Source: Gallionellaceae bacterium
Lineage (GTDB): Bacteria; Pseudomonadota; Gammaproteobacteria; Burkholderiales; Thiobacillaceae
Assembly: GCA_028714735.1 (NCBI GenBank)
Contig: JAQTLU010000002.1
Coordinates: 443,840-483,839 of the forward strand
Reading direction: 5' to 3'
DNA: 40,000 bases
Shown here: positions 9,056 through 17,735 of the stretch, piece by piece
Numbering within the stretch: position 1 is the stretch's first letter
Layout of the letters: every line of letters begins with the position of its first letter
The notes under the pieces: model-generated
The model's database searches: none
Told to the model about the DNA's origin: nothing
The model's input: the letters and a program-made list of their open reading frames with translations, nothing else
Position numbers and translations under genes: made by a program

Positions 9056-9761
9056 GGTCGATTCCTTGCAACTGATTCCCGTGCTGGACCTGATGGACGG
9101 ACACGTGGTGCGCGCCCGCGCGGGCCGGCGCGATCAATACCGTCCGCTACAGTCGGCATTGTGCCGCTCCAGCCAGCCTGCCGAGGTGGTTTCCGGCTTG
9201 CTGGACCTGCATCCGTTTCGACGGCTTTACGTCGCCGATCTCGATGCCATCCTGGGCCGGGGCGATCACCGCGCCACCCTGGAGGCGTTGCGCAGGGCGT
9301 ATCCGGAGCTGGAACTCTGGGTCGACGCCGGCTTCGCCAGCCCCGCCGCCGCCCGTGACTGGCAGGCCGGCGGCTTGGGCCGTGCCGTGCTGGGCAGCGA
9401 GAGCCTGGCCGGGCTGCCGGAAGGTGTCGCGTGTCCGCCCGGCGGGCTGCTCTCCCTGGATTTCCGCGGCGAGGAGTTCCTGGGCCCGGCCGGACTCGAG
9501 CAGGATGCCCGGCATTGGCCCGACGAGGTCATCGTCATGACCCTGGCGCGGGTGGGCATGGGCCAGGGGCCGGATATCGCGCGCCTGAAGCATCTGCGCG
9601 GCCTGGCGCCGGGCCGCCGGTTCTACGCCGCGGGGGGCGTGCGCGATGGCGCCGACCTGGCTGCGCTGGCGCAGGCCGGGGCGGCGGGCGTCATGCTGGC
9701 TTCGGCCCTGCATGACGGGATATTCAGTCGAGTCGAGCTTGCCGCTTTTCATTCCGGCTGA
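9054..9761 (+). CDS. HisA/HisF-family (beta/alpha)8 barrel protein, H4MPT-cluster type
   Basis: 235 aa. LIPVLDLMDGHVV at the N-terminus and GGVRDGADL near the C-terminus are HisA/HisF-like phosphate-binding motifs. Confidence 0.7.
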   Translation: MVDSLQLIPVLDLMDGHVVRARAGRRDQYRPLQSALCRSSQPAEVVSGLLDLHPFRRLYVADLDAILGRGDHRATLEALRRAYPELELWVDAGFASPAAARDWQAGGLGRAVLGSESLAGLPEGVACPPGGLLSLDFRGEEFLGPAGLEQDARHWPDEVIVMTLARVGMGQGPDIARLKHLRGLAPGRRFYAAGGVRDGADLAALAQAGAAGVMLASALHDGIFSRVELAAFHSG

Positions 9762-10944
9762 CCTCCGAGCGCAGCCATTGCCGCCAGACCGAGCTGCCCC
9801 GCGCCGGGTCGGTGAATTGTCCCAGCAGGGGCTGGCTGCCCTGGCGCTGCCAGGTTTCCAGGTCGGGCCCGGTGTACTGGCGCCAGGACTGGGGCGTTTC
9901 GTACAAGGTGAGCGTGTCCAGTTCGGGCAGGTAGTCGATCAACTGCTCCCAGATGTACACGCTGAGTAGCTCGGTCGTGGAGCGCCAGGCCAGTTCGGCT
10001 CCGGCATAGTTGAGGGTGTGGTGGTCGAAGCGTTCCACGACCCGTGCGTTCACCACCCGCTTCAGATAGCCGTAATCCAGCACGCAGCCGGTGGCGGGAT
10101 CGATTTGGCCGCGTACCTTGACCTGGAGGACATAGCGGCCGCCATGCAGGTTGCTGCATTTGGCCGGATGGTCGGTGAGGAAGTGGGCGGCATCGAAGAC
10201 CACCTCCTTGCTCACGCTGACTTCAGGGGTGTCCGGATGGAAGCGCGCCCAGACCCCAGGCATGGCCTCCAGTTCGGACTTCAGCCCCGCCAGCAGACGC
10301 TCCGCGTCGGATTTGGCATAGGTCCGCAGCAGGGGGGCGCCCGCGTCCAGGCGGCGGGTGCGCACGGCCAGTTCGCGGGACAGGAATTCGGCTGCCTCCT
10401 CGGCCTCATGTTCCGAGGCGAAGGGCAGGAACAGGTATCCGGCATGCCGTTCTGCGGCATGGGCCAGATAGCTGGCATATTTCAGTCGCTGTTCCGGTGG
10501 CGGCACCCTGGCGGGTAGCCAGGGGCCGACCAGATTGCGTTTGTGCGTCGTCAGGCAGTTCCTGGCCACGACCCGGTGGTTGCCGGGGGCATACAGGTAT
10601 TCCTGTCGATACCGGAAGCCGTAGGGGGCGAGTCGGGCCAGGACCCAGAACAGCAGGTCCAGCCTGGCCACTTCCCCTTCGATCCGGCACTGACTGCCCT
10701 GGTCGACGACCTTCCCGGCCAGGCGCAGGCCGGCCAGGACCGCTCTGGCGGTCTCGTCCGGCACGGCGGCGGGCAGGAGGGGAAGGTCCTCATCCCGCGC
10801 CGTGTCGATCCTGTCCGGGCTGACCAGAAGATCGAGCGGCAGGGCGTGACGCAGGGCGTATTCCTGCAGGGTGAGACCGCTGCAGGCGAACAGATGCCCG
10901 TTGTCGAGTTCCTCCACCGTGGCTTGGCACTCCAGGCAACGCAC
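9724..10944 (-). CDS. Fusion protein with an N-terminal Ros/MucR-like zinc-finger motif, an unknown middle domain and a C-terminal PTPS/QueD-like domain
   Basis: 406 aa. The C-terminal ~150 aa carry PTPS motifs (FDAAHF, CSNLHGG, ERFDHHTLN, LYETP). The N-terminus MRCLECQATVEELDNGHLFACSGLTLQEYALRHALPLDLLVSP resembles the Ros/MucR block CLECG..(9)HL..HH..TPEEYR.KW.LP.DYPMVAP. It lies 13 nt downstream of fae. Confidence 0.75.
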   Translation of the reverse strand: MRCLECQATVEELDNGHLFACSGLTLQEYALRHALPLDLLVSPDRIDTARDEDLPLLPAAVPDETARAVLAGLRLAGKVVDQGSQCRIEGEVARLDLLFWVLARLAPYGFRYRQEYLYAPGNHRVVARNCLTTHKRNLVGPWLPARVPPPEQRLKYASYLAHAAERHAGYLFLPFASEHEAEEAAEFLSRELAVRTRRLDAGAPLLRTYAKSDAERLLAGLKSELEAMPGVWARFHPDTPEVSVSKEVVFDAAHFLTDHPAKCSNLHGGRYVLQVKVRGQIDPATGCVLDYGYLKRVVNARVVERFDHHTLNYAGAELAWRSTTELLSVYIWEQLIDYLPELDTLTLYETPQSWRQYTGPDLETWQRQGSQPLLGQFTDPARGSSVWRQWLRSEVSRNEKRQARLD

Positions 10945-10957
10945 AGCGCACTTCCGC

Positions 10958-11470
10958 TTAGATGTGGGCGGCGAAGGGGTGTCCCGCGCTGCCCTTCTGG
11001 GCCACGACCTCGACGGCGGTGGGCGTGCCGGCCACGGCGCGCTTGATCGACTGCTTGGTGGCCTCGTAGTTGTAGTCCTGGATCTTGGTGTCGTCGTTGG
11101 CTTCCCAGTGGATGAACACGCCGACGCAGATGAACAGGTTGTCGGCTTCGTCGGCCGGAATGGTGCCGTCCTCGACGCAATCCGCCACCGCCATGGCCAC
11201 GCCGCGCTGGGCCGGCCCGAACATTTGCACCGCCTGCTTGGCGCCCTTGATGGTCACCTTGTTGAACATCATGGTGTTGGGCTTGCAGGGCAGGTTGGGG
11301 GCCACCACGGCGAGCAGGGAGGTGAAGCCGTCCTTGTTGTTGACCAGGCCGTTGCAGAACGCCGATTCGACGGCACTGCCGCGGGGGCCCATGATCAGGT
11401 CGATATGAGCCACCTCGTTGCCGTCGCCCACCAGGGACTCGCCTACCATCACGCGATCGATCTTAGCCAT
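10958..11470 (-). CDS. fae: Formaldehyde-activating enzyme
   Basis: 170 aa. [32 protein letters not shown]...[13 protein letters not shown] is a near-textbook Fae sequence. An AAGGAG SD lies 7 nt upstream of the ATG. Confidence 0.95.
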   Translation of the reverse strand: MAKIDRVMVGESLVGDGNEVAHIDLIMGPRGSAVESAFCNGLVNNKDGFTSLLAVVAPNLPCKPNTMMFNKVTIKGAKQAVQMFGPAQRGVAMAVADCVEDGTIPADEADNLFICVGVFIHWEANDDTKIQDYNYEATKQSIKRAVAGTPTAVEVVAQKGSAGHPFAAHI

Positions 11471-11581
11471 CTTTATTCTCCTTGGAATTGCACAGACTCG
11501 GTTGGATTGAAATGGTGGGCCAGCGCCGAGTCGTTCGCGGGCAAACCAGTGGTTTCAACACCTGAAAGGCGTTTCAAAACA

Positions 11582-12499
11582 TCAAACATCCCGTTTTTCA
11601 TTCCGGGCCTGATTTGAATTCATGTCCCTGCCGGCATGGCCAAGCCGGTCCGCCAGCCAGGTGGCCACGGTGAGGTCGGCGCTGGTGCCGGGGTTGATCG
11701 CCGCCGACTTGAAGGCCTGGTCGAGGGCCTCGATGCGGGTCCGCACGCTGCGCCAGTCTGGGCATCGGGATAGCTCATCCAGGCAGGACCGGGCCATGCC
11801 TTGCACCCGTTCCGCGGTGGCCAGGCCGTGCTTGCGCGCCACGTGGCTGTCCGGAAATTCGGCCAGGTAGCCGAGATAGACCAGCACCCCGGCCCGCTCG
11901 TCGCTGCCCAGGCGGATGCGTTCCCGGCGCAGGGCAGGCAGGCCGGAGGCGAAGATGTCGGCGTAGCCGTTGGCGTACTGGCAGGCGATGCGGTCGCGCT
12001 GCGCCGCTTCGGCCATGGCGGTCAGCAGGCTGACCGCGGGGCGCGTACGTACGTCGTGGCGCGGACTTGTGCCCAGACCGGCCGGGGCGGCGAGACAGAT
12101 GGCCCGGTAGGCCCACTCGGCATCCTCCCGGTCGAGCCCGGCCAGGGTGTGGTGCAGACGCCCGGCCAGGGTCTCGCCGGGCCGGCGGTTCTGGGCGGCA
12201 TGGATCAGGGGCGCGGCGAGCAGGACGATGCCCAGGTTGGTGTTGCATGCCACGGCCCGGTGCGTGGCCTCGATGGCCCGGTAGATGCGTTCGCCGACGC
12301 CCAGCGCCGGGTCGGCGAGCGGCGGGGCGGCGGCGGCGGCACTGAGCAGGAAATCATCGGCCGTCATGCCGTGCCCGGGGGAGTCGTGGCTCACGTTGCC
12401 GGGCTTGAAGGCCGACACATCGAGGGCGCAGGCCTCGATGAAGGCCGCTGCCGGAGCCATCGGGCAAGCCGGGATGGGGGGCGCCAGGCGGGCGTTCAT
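11582..12499 (-). CDS. Triphosphoribosyl-dephospho-CoA synthase (CitG/MdcB) family protein, H4MPT-cluster type
   Basis: Start at MNARLAPP (12499) forms an ATGA overlap with the upstream stop. It is CitG-like (KPGNVS...NTNLGIVLL...INPGTSADL). The 623-aa track ORF is an artefactual upstream extension. Confidence 0.75.
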   Translation of the reverse strand: MNARLAPPIPACPMAPAAAFIEACALDVSAFKPGNVSHDSPGHGMTADDFLLSAAAAAPPLADPALGVGERIYRAIEATHRAVACNTNLGIVLLAAPLIHAAQNRRPGETLAGRLHHTLAGLDREDAEWAYRAICLAAPAGLGTSPRHDVRTRPAVSLLTAMAEAAQRDRIACQYANGYADIFASGLPALRRERIRLGSDERAGVLVYLGYLAEFPDSHVARKHGLATAERVQGMARSCLDELSRCPDWRSVRTRIEALDQAFKSAAINPGTSADLTVATWLADRLGHAGRDMNSNQARNEKRDV

Positions 12500-13410
12500 G
12501 CCCGCCGCTCCAGCTGCCCGGGCGCCACATGGCGGTCGATGAAGTCGTGCGCCAGCAGGCTGGCGATGTCGGGCTGCGTGACCCCCTGCAGGCCGCGCCA
12601 GGCCGGGATGCTGTTCACTTCGATGACCACGAGGCGGCCATCCCGGTCGCGCATCAGGTCGACTCCGGCGTAATCCATGTCGAGGGCGCGGGTGGCCGCC
12701 TCGGCCAGTTGGAAAAGCCCGGGCTCCTCCGGCGCCGGCAGGCAGGCGCCGCCCTGGGCCACGTTGTTGATCCAGCCGATGCCGCGCCGGGTCATGGCGG
12801 CCCGGCTGCGGCCGCCGATCACCAGCACGCGATAATCCTCCCAACCCTCCGCCACGGCGCCTATGTAGCGCTGCAGGTAGTAGACGCAGCGGTAGTCCTG
12901 CGCCGGCGGCAGGTCGGCGGGCCGGGCCAGGCGGCGCAGACCGGTGCCCTGGGAGCCGAACAGGGGCTTGAGCACCAATTCGCCGCCTCGGGCCACTTCG
13001 CGCATGAGCACGGTCCGGGCCTGGTGTTCCGATTCGCACACCCAGGTCGCCGGCGTGGGGATGCCGGCCTGGTGCAGGAGCAGGCTGGTCATGGCCTTGT
13101 CGACGCTTTTTTCGATGGCCCGCGCCGAGTTGTAGACCGGCACGCCCAAAGCCGGCAGCAGGTGCAGGAAGTCCAGGCGCAGGACGACCTGCTCCAGGGT
13201 GCCGCCGGGAACGCCGCGCACGAAGACGCCGTCCGGCAGGCGATCCTCGTAGCCGGGCAGCACCAGGCCGCCCACGCCGCCTTCCAGGTCCATCCGGCAC
13301 TCCGTCAGCGACAGGAAGGTCGAGCCATATCCTTGCGCGGCGAAGGCGCGCCTGAGCCGCTTGCCGTGCCAGCCGGGATCGTCGGTGATGATGGCGATGC
13401 GGCCGTTCAT
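12496..13410 (-). CDS. RimK-family ATP-grasp ligase (H4MPT:alpha-L-glutamate ligase MptN-like)
   Basis: 304 aa with a RimK-like pattern ([31 protein letters not shown]). It is translationally coupled to mch by an ATGA overlap at 13407-13410. Confidence 0.8.
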   Translation of the reverse strand: MNGRIAIITDDPGWHGKRLRRAFAAQGYGSTFLSLTECRMDLEGGVGGLVLPGYEDRLPDGVFVRGVPGGTLEQVVLRLDFLHLLPALGVPVYNSARAIEKSVDKAMTSLLLHQAGIPTPATWVCESEHQARTVLMREVARGGELVLKPLFGSQGTGLRRLARPADLPPAQDYRCVYYLQRYIGAVAEGWEDYRVLVIGGRSRAAMTRRGIGWINNVAQGGACLPAPEEPGLFQLAEAATRALDMDYAGVDLMRDRDGRLVVIEVNSIPAWRGLQGVTQPDIASLLAHDFIDRHVAPGQLERRA

Positions 13411-14381
13411 GCGAAAGAGCGCTCCAGCAAGGACGGGTCCAGTTGCCCGGCATGGAAGCTGCGGCCGCTGGTCAGGCAGGTCACCGTGACCCGGGCAGGG
13501 GCGAACAGCAACGGGTCGATCTTGTAGAAGTCGTAGCCGGCGGCCTTGAATGTCTGTGCGAACGGCTGGCCGTAATCGGCCGAGGCCGAGCTGGGCATGC
13601 GCCGGGCCAGATCCTCCGCGGCGGCATCCTCGCCCGCGACGAACAGATGCACGCGGCCGCCGAACAGGATGGCGTCGTTGGTGCGGCCCATGGCGGTGAG
13701 GAAGTCCGGCGCCGGCGGGCAGATCGGTGCCGTGCCCAGGCCATCGACGATATGTGCCAGGGGAAAGCCCAGGAAATGGGCCTTGTGCAGGGCCACTTCG
13801 AGCACCCGCGCGACCACCTGTACCGAGCCGGCCAGGCTGCTGGTCGGGGTGAGGATCAGGGTCAGGTCCTCCGGCGCGACGCCGCAGTCACGGGCGATCT
13901 TGTCCAGCAGGGGCAGGGGCGGGATCTTGTCGGTTTCCAGCACCAGGCAGGCCGGCGCGTCCTCGGCATGGTCCCGGTAGGGGATTTCCCGGAACAGTTC
14001 CTCCTTGCCGGCGCGGGCGCGGGCGGGGCCCGAACCCAGGGCGAAGAAGGCTTCCTTGCCCTCGCCGTGGGCCAGGCTCCAGCCGGCATACTGGCTGCCC
14101 AGGCAGGCCAGCACCGGCTGGGCCGTGGCGACGGAGAGTTCCCAGGGCCAGACGGGGGAGGTCTGGGCCGGATTGATTTCGACCCGGCCCAGACCGCCCA
14201 GGCAGATCTCGGCGATCAGGCGGCCGGCCTCGATGCCGCCGGCGACCTGGCGGCCGGCATCGACGAGGCGGACGCCGTTCTCCGCGCGGGTTACCGCCAG
14301 GCGCAGTTCAGGCGCGCGCCGGACCAGGTCTTCCACCAGGGGGGCGGCCAGTCGGTTGAGGCTGGGAATCATGGCGGTCAT
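13407..14381 (-). CDS. mch: Methenyl-tetrahydromethanopterin cyclohydrolase
   Basis: 324 aa. Length and sequence are typical of Mch (…GSQYAGW…[10 protein letters not shown]…), in the conserved mtdB-…-mch-…-fae context. Confidence 0.9.
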   Translation of the reverse strand: MTAMIPSLNRLAAPLVEDLVRRAPELRLAVTRAENGVRLVDAGRQVAGGIEAGRLIAEICLGGLGRVEINPAQTSPVWPWELSVATAQPVLACLGSQYAGWSLAHGEGKEAFFALGSGPARARAGKEELFREIPYRDHAEDAPACLVLETDKIPPLPLLDKIARDCGVAPEDLTLILTPTSSLAGSVQVVARVLEVALHKAHFLGFPLAHIVDGLGTAPICPPAPDFLTAMGRTNDAILFGGRVHLFVAGEDAAAEDLARRMPSSASADYGQPFAQTFKAAGYDFYKIDPLLFAPARVTVTCLTSGRSFHAGQLDPSLLERSFA

Positions 14382-14391
14382 GGGTTCAGGT

Positions 14392-15573
14392 TCACAGGGT
14401 GGTCAGCAGGCCGGGGTGTGCCGCGACGGCGGCGATGCCGCCGCGGGACCGGGGTTGGCATTGCTCGAGCAGATGCAGGATTTCTTCGCGCCGGGCCAGC
14501 ACGGCCCGCTCGGCGGCGGCGGCGGTGCCGTGTTCGGCATGGACGCTGCAGACGGGGTCGCCTGGCGTCATCGCCTGTCCCGCTTCGGGCAGGTCGGCGC
14601 ACCAGCGCGGCCAGGCGAAGTCGGCCGGCACCTGGAGCGGACGATCGGCATAAACCAGCGCCGTCGCCGCCGAATCCGCGGCTTCCGGAAGGTGCGTCGG
14701 AAGGCGGCCCTGGCAGGCCTGGACATGCAGGTCGAAGAGCGGCGGCAGGGGCGCGCGGTCCCATAGTTCGACCGTGGCGGTGGGGCGCGGATTCAGCTCC
14801 AGCAAGCTCCAGCCCTGATCGCCGACCATGAAGTCGAGGCCGTTGAGCCCCTTGAGGCCCAGCCGTTGCGTGAGCGCTGCGGCCGCCTTCAACACGGCCT
14901 CCGCCTGCCTTTCCGGTCCGTGCGGCTGGCGCACGGCTCCGGCATAGCGCCAGGGGTGGCGCGCGCCGGGCGATGGCGCCAGGGGGCGGTTGAAGCCGAT
15001 CGGCATGGCCTCCTCGCCGTTGGCGAGAAACAGCAGGGACCATTCGTCGCCCGCCACCCGGCGCTGAAAGTAGCTCCTCGCGTCGGTATCCCGGGCCTCG
15101 GCCAGCGGCCGGACATGGACGCCGCCGCAGGCGCCGGCCTGCTTGCATAGCCAGCCCTCCGGATCGGCGGGCCGGGTCGGCACGGTAACGGGATGCGGGA
15201 TGCCCAGCTCGTCCAGCATGGCGGCGAACCGGATCGGGTTGGCCAGGACATCCAGGACTTCGGGACGGTTGCCCAGCAGCGGGCGCGTGGCAGCCAGGGC
15301 GCGCAGCAGGTCCGGCCGGGCCTCGAAGCCGGAGCCATAGACCAGGCCGTGACAATGCCGGCCTGGACACAGGCGTTCGGCCGCCGCCAGCATGGCGTCG
15401 GCGTCCATGTTCCAGTCCGAATCCAGCGGCGCCTGGGCCCAGGCCCGGGCCAATTCGCAGGTATCCCGGTCGGCGAAGGCATCCACGCCCACGGCAGGAC
15501 GGCCCGCGCGGGCCGCCGCCCGGGCCAGGATGCGCCCCGACAGCGCGACGATAAGGAAGCCGCTAGGCGACAT
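14392..15573 (-). CDS. ATP-grasp superfamily protein (COG2232-type) of the H4MPT-linked pathway
   Basis: 393 aa. It has ATP-grasp C-terminal elements (GLNGLDFMV…LLELNPRP) and lies between mtdB and mch. Confidence 0.7.
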   Translation of the reverse strand: MSPSGFLIVALSGRILARAAARAGRPAVGVDAFADRDTCELARAWAQAPLDSDWNMDADAMLAAAERLCPGRHCHGLVYGSGFEARPDLLRALAATRPLLGNRPEVLDVLANPIRFAAMLDELGIPHPVTVPTRPADPEGWLCKQAGACGGVHVRPLAEARDTDARSYFQRRVAGDEWSLLFLANGEEAMPIGFNRPLAPSPGARHPWRYAGAVRQPHGPERQAEAVLKAAAALTQRLGLKGLNGLDFMVGDQGWSLLELNPRPTATVELWDRAPLPPLFDLHVQACQGRLPTHLPEAADSAATALVYADRPLQVPADFAWPRWCADLPEAGQAMTPGDPVCSVHAEHGTAAAAERAVLARREEILHLLEQCQPRSRGGIAAVAAHPGLLTTL

Positions 15574-16465
15574 GCCTTCGGGCCTCCTGCAGGCAGTCTT
15601 GCAGGCCCAGGTAGAGGGGCGATTCGGTGTTGCGCATGGCCTGCAACAGGGTCTGCTGGACCTTGTATTTCAGGTTGCCGATGGCCAGTGGCCCGATGCC
15701 CAGGGCCCGTCCCGAGGCGGCGATCAGATGGGCGCCGTCAGCCATGACGTCGATGCCTGCCACGCCGGCGGGCGGCACCGCGTTGATGTCTGCCGCCACC
15801 AGCAGCGTCCGGGCCATGGCCAGGTGGGTCGGGCCGATCACCTGGACGCCGGCCCTGGCCGTGGCCAACACCATATCCGCGTCGGCCAGGAGTGCCCCCT
15901 TGGCGCTTTCGCCGCTGCCGTCGGCCGCGCCCACCGCCACGCCGAAGCGGGCGTTGATGGCGTCCGCGGCCGCACGTGCGCGGCTGAGACCGTCATGACC
16001 GGGAATGGTGACCTCAGCCCCGGCCTGGGCGGCCAGCACCGCCGCCGCCATGCCCACCGGGCCGGTGCCGCCGAATACCACCACCCGGCACCCGGACAGC
16101 GTGCGGCCATGGTGTTCGGTCAGCGTCCGCTCGGCCTTCGCCACCATGGCGGCAGCCGTGGTAAAGGCGCCGCTGGGGTCGGCGAAGACCGAGACCTGGA
16201 AGGGCGGAACCATGGCCGCACGGGCTGCGTCCAGCATGTCCGCGGCTTCGACCGCATCGCGCCCGCCGATGAAAATGCCGGTGCGCCTGGCCCCTTTGGG
16301 ACCGCGCGAGAAGATCGCGTCCTGGGTAAAGCCGGCAATCTCCGCCAGGGCTACGCCGGCGTAGGGGATGACGGCATCCCAGCCTGCGTCGTAGGCCATG
16401 TTGACGTCGAACGGACTGACCCGTGGGCCGGGAGTGGCGAAATGCAGTAGAAAGGGTTTGTCCAT
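15563..16465 (-). CDS. mtdB: NAD(P)-dependent methylene-tetrahydromethanopterin dehydrogenase
   Basis: Start at MDKPFLLHFATPG (16465), giving 300 aa. There is a Rossmann VVFGGTGPVG motif. It belongs to the MtdA/MtdB family, and MtdB is favoured by its position inside the H4MPT cluster. Confidence 0.85.
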   Translation of the reverse strand: MDKPFLLHFATPGPRVSPFDVNMAYDAGWDAVIPYAGVALAEIAGFTQDAIFSRGPKGARRTGIFIGGRDAVEAADMLDAARAAMVPPFQVSVFADPSGAFTTAAAMVAKAERTLTEHHGRTLSGCRVVVFGGTGPVGMAAAVLAAQAGAEVTIPGHDGLSRARAAADAINARFGVAVGAADGSGESAKGALLADADMVLATARAGVQVIGPTHLAMARTLLVAADINAVPPAGVAGIDVMADGAHLIAASGRALGIGPLAIGNLKYKVQQTLLQAMRNTESPLYLGLQDCLQEARRHVA

Positions 16466-16488
16466 GTAAGGCTCATCCAGAGGGTTGG

Positions 16489-17475
16489 TCAGGCCGTGGC
16501 GCGGCTCGTGCAGGGTTCGAAATCGATTTCCGCGCCCCGGTTGCGGCCCGTGCAGACCATGAATTCCAGGCCGCCGCCGGCGAACGCGTGGCGCGCCGCG
16601 CGGGCCAGGGAGTGGGCCTGGGTTTCGGAGCCGGTCAGGGCGAAACCGGTGGGCCCCCAGGAACTCTGCCCGACGCCGGCCGCGCCGTTGCCGGCGCAAA
16701 AGGCCAGTGCCCGGGTGACCCGGGCGCTGGCATAGCGGCCACCCTGGACCGGGGCGAAGTGGTCGCCTACCACGGCCTGAATGCCGCTGATGGCGGCGCC
16801 GAACGAGGCGATATCCTTCTCGGCCAGGGCCGGCATGGCCTGCATCAGGGCCAGGCGGCAGAGTTGGCCGGCCTGGCTCTCGGAAAACCTGGGCAGGGCC
16901 GCAAAGGCCTGCTTCTCCGCATCGCCGTGCAGGCCCCGGTGGGCGGGGTCCAGGATCAGCAGCAGGCGCCAGTTGGGCGGAAACTCAAGGTTGGCGGTCA
17001 CCGTGGGGGGCACGTCCTGGTCGCCTCGGCCGCCGTCCACCACGAAGCCGCCACGCTCGAACAGGCCAAGGCCGATGCCTGACCGGTGGCCCCGGTGCAG
17101 GGAACTGGCCAGGGCTCGCGGCGACCGCTCGACGCCGTAAAGCCGGGCCAGGGCGGTGCCCACCGCCAGCGCAAGCTGGGTGCCCGAGCCCAGGCCGGCG
17201 TGTTCCGGAATGGCCTGCCGGACCAGCAGGCGGGCGCCGGATTTGATGCCCATGCCTTCCAGGGTCGCTCTGGCGAAGGCCTCGACGCGCTGCGACTGGG
17301 GGCCATCGGCGCGGATGCGCTCATCGCCCCAGGCGGTGACCTCGGTGGCCAGCTCTTCCAAAGCCAGGCCCAGGCTGCCGAAACAGCGCCCCAGGCTGCC
17401 GTTGAGGTCGAGAAACCCCATGTGCAGCCTGGCTGGGGCGCGTACCGTGGTGCTGAAACAGGCAGTCGGAGTCAT
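16489..17475 (-). CDS. mptG: Beta-ribofuranosylaminobenzene 5'-phosphate synthase (GHMP-kinase fold)
   Basis: Start at MTPTACF (17475). RLHMGFLDLNGSLGR and PEHAGLGSGTQLALA are MptG/GHMP-type motifs. In-frame starts further upstream fall inside or before the predicted promoter. Confidence 0.85.
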   Translation of the reverse strand: MTPTACFSTTVRAPARLHMGFLDLNGSLGRCFGSLGLALEELATEVTAWGDERIRADGPQSQRVEAFARATLEGMGIKSGARLLVRQAIPEHAGLGSGTQLALAVGTALARLYGVERSPRALASSLHRGHRSGIGLGLFERGGFVVDGGRGDQDVPPTVTANLEFPPNWRLLLILDPAHRGLHGDAEKQAFAALPRFSESQAGQLCRLALMQAMPALAEKDIASFGAAISGIQAVVGDHFAPVQGGRYASARVTRALAFCAGNGAAGVGQSSWGPTGFALTGSETQAHSLARAARHAFAGGGLEFMVCTGRNRGAEIDFEPCTSRATA

Positions 17476-17509
17476 GTCGTCGTCATGGCAATATCGGGTA
17501 TCAGCGGGC

Positions 17510-17525
17510 AGCAATATCCATGCCA
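17510..17525 (-). promoter_or_regulatory. Sigma-54 (-24/-12) promoter for the mptG-mtdB-…-mch… operon
   Basis: The minus strand reads TGGCAT-GGATA-TTGCT with exact GG-N10-GC spacing. The element ends about 35 nt upstream of the mptG ATG. Confidence 0.75.
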
Positions 17526-17575
17526 TGGAAAAACTCCATATCAATCAGTCGGCTAGCGTTACTCCGCATGGATTC

Positions 17576-17594
17576 GCGTGACACTGTGTCACGC
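17576..17594. promoter_or_regulatory. 19-bp perfect palindrome GCGTGACA-CTG-TGTCACGC, a candidate enhancer-binding-protein site (UAS)
   Basis: Perfect 9+1+9 inverted repeat. It is centred about 60 bp upstream of the mptG -24 element and about 110 bp upstream of the fhcB -24 element. The same GTGACA-N3-TGTCAC core recurs at 30804-30818. Confidence 0.65.
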
Positions 17595-17693
17595 CGGGCG
17601 CGCCGGTCTCGGTACAGCGTTCAGCCGGTCCTGGACGGTCGCGGCGGGATGAACTGTTTGATTCGCCGGACAAAAGCGCGGCGCTGGTTTCCG

Positions 17694-17709
17694 TGGCATG
17701 GATCGTGCT
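17694..17709 (+). promoter_or_regulatory. Sigma-54 (-24/-12) promoter for fhcBADC
   Basis: The plus strand reads TGGCAT-GGATC-GTGCT with GG-N10-GC spacing. It shares TGGCATGGAT with the divergent mptG promoter. Confidence 0.7.
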
Positions 17710-17735
17710 CTGAGGCTCCCACCGTATTCACCCGT

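Noticed and set aside
11582-13453. 623-aa ORF that looks like one large protein.
   Set aside because: Only its C-terminal 305 aa (from MNARLAPP, 12499) are CitG-like. The upstream part is Arg/Pro-rich and overlaps the genuine RimK-like gene, which is in another frame (12496-13410). The real junction is an ATGA overlap.
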